From NCBI GenBank assembly GCA_002269645.1, contig NIVC01000100.1:682001-746000 (forward strand): DNA of 64,000 nt, given 5' to 3'. The position numbers and the translations under genes were made by a program. Shown here piece after piece: positions 36,806 to 47,059 of this stretch. The stretch comes from Macrostomum lignano. Taxonomy: Eukaryota. The notes below the pieces were generated by a model. The model was not told the DNA's origin, did not search any database, and saw nothing but the letters and a program-made list of their open reading frames with translations. Positions within the stretch are counted from its first letter, which is position 1, and each line of letters opens with the position of its first letter.

Positions 36806-39800
36806 GTGGACGCCTCCTTTGTAAATACTGTCCATGCGCGTGACGCCGACCCATTTATTACAGGACGAGTGGCTCGACGAGAGGTCGCCTTTCTGCTAGA
36901 CAGCGGAAGCAGAAGAAACTTCCTCGGAGCGTCCACTTGGGCCGCCATTAGGCGTCGTTCACCACGTTGTATAGTCGCACCTGCTTATCCTAACCGAGTC
37001 GCTTTGTACGACGGGACCGAGTTAAGTCTTGCCGCTAAGGTTATCCTATCAATCGAATTCGGGGACTATGTCGCGGAAACCGAATTCTTCGTCGCCGAAG
37101 GAGACTGTGAAAATCTTTTAGGAATCGATTTCATGCGGAGTCACTGCCAAGGACTGGACTTCCAGCAAGGAATGCTCACATTCCGACAAGGCACCCGACT
37201 TCCGGTACGCTATTCAAGGAGAGAACTGAAGGCCTGTCGAGTGTACGTCGCAGAAAAATGCACTCTGCCGCCTCAATGTTCCTGCCTCGTCGCCATTAAA
37301 CTAGCCGAAGGTCATCAGCAGAACTACGGTTCACCGATGATTATCGAACCGCTCAAATCAGGACTGCGAGCGAAGCATCACCAGTTAGACGCAGCCCCGG
37401 TCCTGCACACGATGACAGAAGGTCGAGGAGTGATGGAAGTACTCAACCCATCAGACACGGAGGTTCACTTGCGTCGCAACATGCTATTGGGAGTAGCCAC
37501 GCCCCTCAAGACCCAGGACCTCGAGTACTTCAGCGAGTCGATTGAGCCAGAAGTCCGTCAACTGATAACGACTGAAGAAACGACTGACAGTTGGGTCAAC
37601 GAGGTCGACGTCGGAGAACAGCTGAACAGCCACCAGAAGCACTAGGTTCAGGAAGTACTCAAGGAATGCGAGAAGGCATTCTCCCTAACTCCGCTGGACC
37701 ACGGATTGACACACCTGGTAACTCATGAGATTGTGCTCACAGACTCGACGCCAATCGCGATTCCTCCTCGCCGGATACCTCCGCATCTACGACCGCAATT
37801 GGATCAGATGCTCGACGATATGCTGAAGAAAGGCATCATTCGGCCAACGTACTCCAGTTACAATTCGCCGATGATCCTAGTGCCAAAGAAGGACAAGACG
37901 ATTCGTATTGTGCACGACTTCAGAGCGATCAACGATGTGACGCTGAAGCACCCGTACCCGATCCCGCACATTCAGGAAACTTTCGCCAAACTCAAAGGAG
38001 CGCAGTGGTACTCAAGCCTCGACCTGGTACAAGGCTTCTACCAGATCCCTCTCCGCGAGGAAGACCAGGACATCACTGCCTTCTCCGTGCTCGATCGTGG
38101 ACAATTCTGCTTCAAGGTGCTACCAATGGGACTCACCGACAGCCCCGGATCGTTCCAGCGTTGTATCAACCAACTGCTAGAAGGACTAGCACCGCAGGCC
38201 GCTCTTGGTTACATGGACGACATCGTTGTACACGCAGTGACGTTCGAAGATCACTTACACTGTCTACGACAAGTCCTAAACCGAATCATGGCCGCCAACT
38301 TGAAGCTAAAGCCGAAGAAATGCCATTTATTCAAGAAGGAGCTCCACTATCTAGGCCACGTGATTACGCCGGAAGGCCTACCGACAAACGAAGACAAGAT
38401 TGAGCAGATACGCAGTTGGCCAACGCCTCGGACTGTTCGTCAACTACGAAGCTTTCTTGGTCTCGCCAATTACTACAAGAAGTTCGTCGAGGATTACTCG
38501 GGCATTGCTGCCCCGTTACACGCATTGACACGCAAGGACCTGCAAGGATTCCAGCGTCATTGGACGCAGCAGCATCAGACTGCCTTTGAGACTCTGAAGA
38601 GCAAGCTATGCTCAACCGAAGTACTCGCCCTCCCAGAGTTCAATGAGGATCCGAAGGTCAAGTTCATCCTGGATACCGACGCATCCGACACCCGAATCGG
38701 TGCATGTCTAGGACAACTACAATCCGATGGAATAGAACGACCGATCGCCTTTTTCAGTCGCAAGCTCCGTGACCCGGAAGTACAGGGATCTACAGGGATT
38801 CTAGGTCGATGGGTCCAGAGGATCAGCGAATTTCAGTTCACCATCTCCCATCGCAAGGGTACTGACCACACCAACGCCGACGCGCTATCAAGACGCCCGG
38901 ACACGCCTCCGTTAGAATGCGATTACGGAGTACTCCAAGACGTCGACGCTGTCCTGGCTTGCCACCGCGAGGAGACAGGAGACACCACTCAGCGTGAGTG
39001 TCGCCGCATTAAGGAAACTGATCGGGGCATCGATTCAGAGGCCACCGCACCAGTAGCCTTCTCAACCGAGACCACAATCGCGATCCAGAGGCAGAGACCG
39101 ACTTGGACAACGAACCAGAGGCCACCGCACCAGCAGCCCTCTGCCGAGTTCTCCACTGTTCACGTCGAAGCCAGGAGACAGTAAGCTTGGATGGAGACGC
39201 AGAGGCCACCGCACCAGCAGCCCTCTGCCGAGCCACCCACGCTCGCCGTCACTTCAAGGAGACCAATCTGGATGAAGTTCAAGAGGCCACTGTACCCTCA
39301 GCCCTCTCCAACGACAGCCATCAAGTCTACCTACAGAGTTTGGAGACTGACTTGGACGAAGATTCGGAGGCCACCGCTCCAGCAGCCCTCCCAGTCGAGC
39401 GCCACTGCTCAGATCTCGGTCGAAAATTTACCGCTGAGGAGTCCCGCTGCTCTTCCATGAGCCGACAGACTCAGCAGGTCGAGCCGTCTCGTTGCTCTTC
39501 CATGAGCCTGCAGCCGACCACCCATTATCAACGCGTGGACGATATGTCTTGCGCCATGACGCGCCTTCGTCCTACGCCGAAACTGACGCGTTCCTATGCA
39601 GAGGTGACGAAGTCTGCATACGAGGAGAACAGAGTACGTACAGCTGAAGCATCTCCCCAGCTCGCAACTTCTCAAAGTCTGCCGCGCTGCCGAGCATTGC
39701 TTACGGATCATCTGAAGCCGCCATTGCCGCGCGACAAGCTCATCAAAGCTCAACAGGATGACCCAGCTATTGGCTACGTTTACAAGTTGATCAAGGAGAA

Positions 39801-41571
39801 TCAACCGAAACCAGCGTTTGACGATCGATTACGACTTAGCAGGGAGCAACGGAACCTGCTTGGATACTACGAGTTACTGTTCCTCGAGCGAGATCTACTC
39901 ATGATCAACATGACGGAAAAAGACACTCCACCGAAGATTGTCTTACCAGAAGCACTCGACGACGAAGTTTTTAACGAGCTCCACAATTCGCCTTTAGCAG
40001 GACACCAAGGACAGCGAAAGACCGCCCAACGTGTGCGCGAAAGATTCTGGCGAACAGGTCTAGTCCGAGCCATTGAGACCTACGTCAGCAAATGCCGAAC
40101 CTGCCTAGAGAGCAAGTCACGACGAAAACAGCAAGTGCCAGTGCAGAGTTTTCCAGTCTGCGAAGTTTTTGGAAGACTTCACATGGATGTGATCGGACCG
40201 ATTGCGCAACCGTCCAAAGGAGGTCATCGGTACATCCTGACACTCTGCTGTGCGACATCGAAGTTTCCGATAGCTTATCCGATGAGAAATCAGAAAGCTA
40301 AAACCGTTATCCGACTACTTCAGGACCGATTTATTCCAGAATACGGAGTTCCAGCTTGGATTCACACGGATCAAGGCACGAACTTCACAGGAAACGCCTT
40401 CAAGAAGTTCTGTGATCTCTACGCGATCAGGCACACGACAACGACGCCGTACAACCCAGCATCCAACGGACTGGTAGAAAATCTGAACAAGCAGATCAAG
40501 AGCATTCTGACATGTCTCCTCGAGCACGATCATCGCGATTGGGACACATTTCTGCCAGCGTGCATGATTGCTCTTCGATCCAGCGTTCATCCAGTCACAG
40601 GCTATACGCCTTACTTCTTAGTCTATGGCCGAGAATACAGGATGCCTCTCGACAATTCATTAAAGCTACTCCCGGAGTATGCCAACCTGCCTGATTACGT
40701 CGCAGAGTTTCAGCAACGCCTCAAGCACGCCACGAACCTCGCCAAGGAACGGCTATGCCTGCATCAGCAAGCGCGAGACGAGCACTACGAGAACCGACCA
40801 GCAGCTAAGAAGCTACAGCCGGGAGATCTCGTCTCCTTGAACAACCCGGTCCTACACGAAGATGAAGCAGCGAAGTTCCACAGGCCAAGGAGATCGTTGT
40901 ATGAAGTGGTGGAGAGCAAAGGAGAAGTCGTCTACAAGATTCGACGGAAGGTTCGACACCCTCGAGAACGACCGGACGAGATGGTAGTTCATCGCCGGAA
41001 CCTCCTCCTTGTGCCCACTTCAGATTATCCAATTGCAGATCTCGAAGGGCCAGCCGAACCGAAGAAGCAACGCCGAGTTCGACAGGTTGACGCCGGAGCT
41101 GCGACACTCCCCGCCATCTCTGAGGACTCTGACGAAGAAGACGACCTGGACACGAGACCCGCCTATCGCTGGCGACTCCGATCAGCTGCTCAGCCAGGCG
41201 CGCGTCCAACCGAAGTCCGCATCCAGGAACCTGAAGTTATGGAGAATAGAGTTGAGCTTGAGTCACCGCCGTATGATTCTTGCGACGCTCCATCTGCTCC
41301 TACAGTCGAACCGTTAAGGCGACCTGAAATTGAAATTAGCGATAGGATTAACCTAGACTCTGATAGGAATAATCAATGTAATAGTCATGTTTTGTCGGCC
41401 AATTTGCCATCAACTAGTCAAGTCGAATGGGCCGTCAATGACAGGCCAGTTAGGGCTCGAAGGGAACCTGACCGCTTGGTTCTTAAACCAAAGTCGAAGT
41501 CCTACTTGAGCCGGTTAATCAACTTTTTCCGCCGGCCTCGTGCCTGTTCCAGCGCTGTAAAGCAACATTAA
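36806..41571 (+). pseudogene. Gypsy C pol (protease-RT-RNase H-linker-integrase) with a stop, a frameshift and an RNase H deletion
   Basis: FLLDSGS, YMDD, LDTDASD, HHCC (H..PLAGH...CRTC), MDVIGP, TDQG, SNGLVE; TAG at 37643; frameshift near 39100. Confidence 0.93.
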
Positions 41572-41577
41572 AGCAGC

Positions 41578-42690
41578 ATGACGGGCAAAGAAAACCGGAA
41601 GAGGCGCGACCGCGAGCCTTCCAGGACGCCCTCACCAGCTAGTGGCCGGAAGCGCACGCGGCCTGCCCTGCCGCTTCGCCGAACGCAAGCCCTACCGACG
41701 CCGGCCCGGGACACGACGCATAGGCGCCGCAGTCGTTGGGACGATCAGCGCAGACAGGAGCCTCGGATCGAGGTACGCCGACTCGCTCCGCTGCAGCCCA
41801 CATCGCTGGAGGATCGTTTCGCGGTTGCCAACGAGAGGGCGGAGGTCATTCGCCGTAGGTTAAATCCGGCCCTAGCTAGTCCATTCGATGCCCGACTTCC
41901 AGCTACCGCCGACCATCAGGGCGGAGCGCCCAGCCGGCCAGTGCAAGGCACTCCCAATCCGCAGCAATCGGGTGAGGCTCAAGCGCCTGACGGAGAACTG
42001 CTCGACTTGCTTGGTAGCCTGAGTAGCTCCCTGCAGGAAGAGTCCGGTGAAGATCTGCTGCCTCCTATCCAGGACGTCGTGGGAGAGCAGGTCTCGCCGA
42101 ATGAGCATCCGCCGGCTCTTCTGAATCCAAGGGAGGATGTGCTGCACACGCCGCCTCCGTCACCCTCGCCACCGCCAGGGCACTATTTAGGTGTATTGAC
42201 ACCACCGCCGCAACCCGACGTCGTCAATCTGGACGAGGTCCCAACGCCGCCCACGCCGTCGACCCCTCGATTCCGCCGACCGTCACCGGTGCCGTCGCCG
42301 CCCCGCCTATTCAGCCGGACCGAACTCGCGGAGGCGATTAGCGCTGCTATCCGGGCTCGACCGCAGCTAGTGGATGCAGAAACGCAGAGTGATCGCCCGA
42401 GCTGCATCACCGAGAAGGCCATCATCATCCTCACTGAGCTCCTAGTATCAGCCGGACAAAAGGGGCAGCTCTGCCGAAGTTGGCCAGAAGGAATCAGAGC
42501 GGATTTCCGAGCCGCCTCATCGGACGAGAGGCAGCGGGCCATAAAGGAGGTCGCCCGTCGAACGGCCGCTGCTCTCCCGCCTCATCCGCCGCACGCTTCA
42601 TCGTTAGAACTGGCTATATTGAAACTACTGTTCTTTTTAGGCCTCGCCGCTGACGTGCCGGCCGGTTTTAATAAGTTCGTTCGTTTTTGA
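41578..42690 (+). CDS. Gypsy C accessory ORF3, 370 aa, intact; basic N-terminus, Pro-rich middle, conserved helical C-terminal domain
   Basis: Uninterrupted ORF starting 7 nt after the pol stop; similar to element B ORF3. Confidence 0.75.
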   Translation: MTGKENRKRRDREPSRTPSPASGRKRTRPALPLRRTQALPTPARDTTHRRRSRWDDQRRQEPRIEVRRLAPLQPTSLEDRFAVANERAEVIRRRLNPALASPFDARLPATADHQGGAPSRPVQGTPNPQQSGEAQAPDGELLDLLGSLSSSLQEESGEDLLPPIQDVVGEQVSPNEHPPALLNPREDVLHTPPPSPSPPPGHYLGVLTPPPQPDVVNLDEVPTPPTPSTPRFRRPSPVPSPPRLFSRTELAEAISAAIRARPQLVDAETQSDRPSCITEKAIIILTELLVSAGQKGQLCRSWPEGIRADFRAASSDERQRAIKEVARRTAAALPPHPPHASSLELAILKLLFFLGLAADVPAGFNKFVRF

Positions 42691-43214
42691 CTTCAGCCAT
42701 TTTTGGCCAATAATTCATCAACTCGTTATTCGTGAAACGTAATTCCGCAAGCTCAAGGTTGCCCTTATTATTACTCAAAGTCACTTTTGCTCAAATCAAT
42801 ATATTTCATTAAAAACACCATCAAACAAGTTAAACTGTTGACATCATCTGTAGTTTATATGCGACAAAATTTTAAATTACATGACAACATTTATACTTTA
42901 TTAAATAATCTATTAATCAATAATCAGGAAATCTTCCTTTCAAAAAAATCTCAAAATAAAAATATCTCGCATTATTACAACTATGCATACTAATCTATAA
43001 AACTGTCTCATGTAATCAACATTTTATTCCGCAATTAATTTGACATGTAGTTCCCGTTGCCTTTTTCGCGGTGGTACCATCTTTTTGACTGGCGCGCATT
43101 GATTTTCTTCTTTAGTAGCAATAAATACTTTAGTGGCCTTGTTAGAGCCGTTTTGTTTTTCAAATAAAATTGAATCATCTATCCGCTGCTGCAATTTAAT
43201 TTGGACGGGGAGAG

Positions 43215-44129
43215 TGTAGTGACTGGCTGCTAACTGGCTATTCAGCAGCATTCACTAGCTTTCCCTAAGGGCGCTGTGATCCGCTGCACAGTGGCTCAGT
43301 CCACCTGATCTAGTGAGAGAGTTACCCTGTGCTGGGCCTAAGTGTTTACTGCCCGATGACTCATTGCCTGAGCGGGCGCGGGCAGCCACACTCAATGTCT
43401 TCCCACTCGCGCTGAGGCGTAGCAGGATGACTCATCACCTGCGCGGAGTGTAAGGGCTGCCAGAGGGAGTAAACAGGATGACTCATCCGCCCAAGTTCTA
43501 TTTTTAGCACAGACTAAGCACGTGACTGTGCACGCACACTGTGCGTGGCCACTGACCTTGAGTCACGCCACTGCTGCGTGACAGGGTTGCCTTATTTGGA
43601 AGTTGGCCTTGAATCACGCGTCGTTCGCATGATTTCAATGCCCAAATAAGGAAGTTTCACGCGCTCACCGCATGAAACTCACGTGACTTTTGGGGGTCCG
43701 CTCGGCTATAAATACGGAGCATCTGCGAGCCATTTTTCTCCAGGCTGCGTCGTCTCGCGGAGCATTGTGGCTAACTCGTGAAGCCTCTGCCTCCGAGCTC
43801 TCCTCCCTCATTTCAGGTTTTACAGGTTTTCAGGTCCGAGCAGCATTCAACTAAGACGGTCGACTGTCGAGACATTTACAGATTTGGCCTTTGCTCCGAG
43901 TATCTTCGTTAATTTTATTTTAGGTGACGGATAGACAACTCTGTCGACGCGTCGAGTCCGCACACCAAGGTGGCAGCAACCCTACCAAGTCAAGGCTAAC
44001 GTTTTAGGTTCAATTTTCAGGCAAATCGATAGGACTGAAGCAAAAGGCAAACGTTACACTGGTGGCAGCGGTGGGATACAAAGACCTGCCAGGCCACCAC
44101 GAGACAACCCAGAGACAACCAACGTTACA
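43215..44129 (+). repeat. 3' LTR of element C (915 bp), preceded by PPT GGACGGGGAGAG
   Basis: Copy of the 5' LTR, followed by TSD AACT at 44130-44133. Confidence 0.95.
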
Positions 44130-44269
44130 AACTCAATACCTAAACTGCTATATATGATACACAGTTTACTTTATACATTTTCAGCAATGATTGCACATTC
44201 TGAATAGCAGTACATGTTAGGCACCCAAGTGTCCCATGAATGTCCAAGCATTTTCTGTTGATCACTTAT

Positions 44270-45330
44270 TGTAATAAGTCACTATTTAGTTAGGTGCTGC
44301 ACTAGTCAGCTGTTGCCCTTGCCTGCGCGCTAGGCTTCTGTCTGCCACTGGGCAGTTGCCTGTCCATCTCGTCTGTCCTCTGGCCTGTCCTTTGCCCATT
44401 TGCCTGTCTGTCTGCTTGTCCTCGTTTGCCTTCTTTGTCTTATGTTCCCCCTTTTGCAGTGCTCAGACAGCTTGGTCTAGCCTGCCTCTGTTTTGTTCTC
44501 TGTTTGGCATCTCCAAATTTGGAGTGCTGTTCTGTTTTCTAGTCCCATGGTCACAAGTGCTTTCACTTGTGGGGCTTTTCCCTTCCCTTTGAAGGTATTC
44601 TTCTTTCTTTAGTCCAAAGTGCAATGATGGTTTAATCATTGTATGCTGGGCTTTCATTTACAGAGAGATCATGTGCACCTAGACCTTTGCCTCTTGAGGC
44701 AGAACCTGCTTGCTTGTTGCTAAAATTAGCATCAGAGTCATAGGGGACTCTCAGCGGGGGTCTTTCCTTAAATGGTACAATTGATTATTCCTATAAATGC
44801 AGCCCCTCTCATGGCTTGGCTCAGACAAGCCCATTCCTCAGCCCTTCCTCAGATTCTCTTAGTTCAAGTCTCTAAGTTTGTGTTCTAAGTTTGAGTCTAA
44901 GTTTGACTCTCCAGACTCCCAACTTTGCGTGTGCCTGCTTCAAATTGTTCTTGCAATCTATTAGCAAAGCAGCTTAGATTGCCTAAAGCTAGCACTATCC
45001 CTCTAACCCTGCACTTGCCTGGCAGGGACTGCTGACCAGACGCTTCTACTCAAGGACTGCTAAATCTGCACAAAGTGCTTGACTTTCTCTCTCATCTTAG
45101 TTATTTGCTTCTACGAGCTTAGCACCTCACTGAAGGCTGCAACTCTGCAAAGCTGGTGGCAGCACTACCTAGAACTAGTTTCTAAGAAACTGCCAGCTAG
45201 AGGTCACTGCCCAGCACTAGGAGCCCTACCAGGCCATCTCTAGTCAACATAGAAGAAGCCTGTATTTCATTGGTGGCAGTGATTCTATTTAAGATTTCTA
45301 GACAACCACAGACAAGACACCAGTACTTCA
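44270..45330 (+). mobile_element. Solo LTR E (1061 bp), older and CpG-poor, related to LTR D
   Basis: TGTAATAAG...GTACTTCA ends; TSD TTAT (44266-44269, 45331-45334); shares CTGGTGGCAGCACTACCTA with D. Confidence 0.82.
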
Positions 45331-47059
45331 TTATCATTAGATTGTGCCTTTTCACTTCTGAACAGCAAATCTGGTGATTAAACAATATGGATTATCACTG
45401 GACTGGACCCTGATTCTACATTGTGTTTAAGTTCCTAGTCAGAAAAGGTTCAGAATATCAATTTTCAAAAGTCACAGCCAACAAATATCTTAACTGAATG
45501 TTAACTTGTGCTAGAACTGATTAGCAATATAATAATGGAGGCCATTCAGTAAACAAGACCAAGGTGAAGCTCAATGTTCTAAAGAGGCTTGGTGGAGACA
45601 CCCTTAAGAGAATGTTTGACCATTCTAAATGCCAAAGGAAGAACAAAGCAAAAGCAAAGTTTTGCAAGAAGAAGAGGATCAAGAGACAGACAAGCAAGAC
45701 AAGCATGCTGAGTCAACCAAGTCAGAAAAGATATTGATGCAAATGCTTCTAACAGGGATAGAAACGCCTTTGAGGTGAAGTGACTCCATTTTATTGCCTT
45801 TATTGCATTGTTTAGACTTTGTTTTTTGTTTTTAGGTTGTTTGACCTTTCTATATGATATAAAACCAAATGAAACAAGATAGAAAAGGAAGAAAAGCCTT
45901 ATTAACATTATTAACTATCTTGTGTCTTGTCTTGTCTTGTCTTGTTATTTTTGTCATTGTTAATTTCAAGGTAAAAGTGGAAAAAACACCAACATAATGC
46001 GCGAATACATAAAGTATATAAAAAATTTACCTCAAAGATTTGCAAAATTTTGGTGAAACATACATGAAAAATGCTATATCTTACATATAAATTTTATGTA
46101 CCTGATAAATAAATTGGTAAAAAGAAAGTTTTATACATTTTATTTAAATATTTTAGTGTAGTAGGGCATTATTTTAGGAACAGAAATTAGTCACAGGACA
46201 AATATGCTTTTACCCCACTATTAGTAGTTTTAACTAGGGGAAATAATAAAAGCAGGGGTAAATTGCTAATTTGGGGGTTTCTTTAAAACTACTAAGAACA
46301 GTTGGGTTCTTGGGAAAGCATCCATTTGTGATCCCATTTGTGGCATTTTTCCCACTTAGAAATTTACTATGGAATTCAAAGTAAAACAAAAATAGGGAAT
46401 TAAAATAGAAAAATTAAAGCTTTGCACAAGAGGAGTCTTGCCTTGAAACCTTATTAGGAGTTATAACCAACAACATTTAGGGATACTGCCTCCTGAGGAC
46501 TTGTCAAGAGCCTACTCCAAGTCTAGCGCTCTAGCGCCAGTTAATAGCAAAGCAAAGCTCCTGAGCAAGTCTTGGTAGAGCAAAGCATTGCTAAGAGCAG
46601 ACACAAGCTCCTAAGCAGGTCTTGGTAGAGCATTGCTAGTGCTATAGCTCTGGTTTTCCAGCCTACCTTATTGGCAAGAAATCAGTTGGCTGAAGCCATT
46701 CTGCTACTATATATTTGCAACACAGGTGCAAATATAAGAGTGAGAGTGATTGTGCGCACTTCGAAGGGTACTCGTCCCGTGGGTGTTAAGGCAGGCCCCC
46801 TTGGGCCCTGCCGAGCTGATTCGTTGGCGCCGGGTCCTGGTGTGACCATAAACGCACCCTCTAATGTCCCAGTGTAACTCCGTGCTGATGGACGCTTGGC
46901 CAGGGAGTAGTCTGGTCGCTAACGGTTCCCCTTGCGCTTTTGGGTCCCCTTGCAGGGTGGTATTTTGCTTTTTGGGGGCCTGCCGCTTGGTTTGGGGTTG
47001 CGGCCTTGCGGCTCTTTGCCTGTGTTCTGCAGGAAGTCCCACCTTTTTACTTCCAGCCA

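Larger units (their letters stand above)
34449..44129 (+). mobile_element. Full-length Ty3/Gypsy LTR retrotransposon C (9.7 kb), recently inserted but defective
   Basis: Near-identical LTRs 34449-35366 and 43215-44129, TG...CA ends, TSD AACT, tRNA-Leu PBS, PPT, gag, pol, ORF3. Confidence 0.96.

Noticed and set aside
41578-42690. ORF3 as an envelope gene
   Set aside because: No signal peptide, furin site or Cys-rich ectodomain; basic and Pro-rich composition, with only a short C-terminal hydrophobic stretch.
45335-45780. Degraded coding remnant between LTR E and LTR F
   Set aside because: Multiple stops and no identifiable motif; cannot be assigned.
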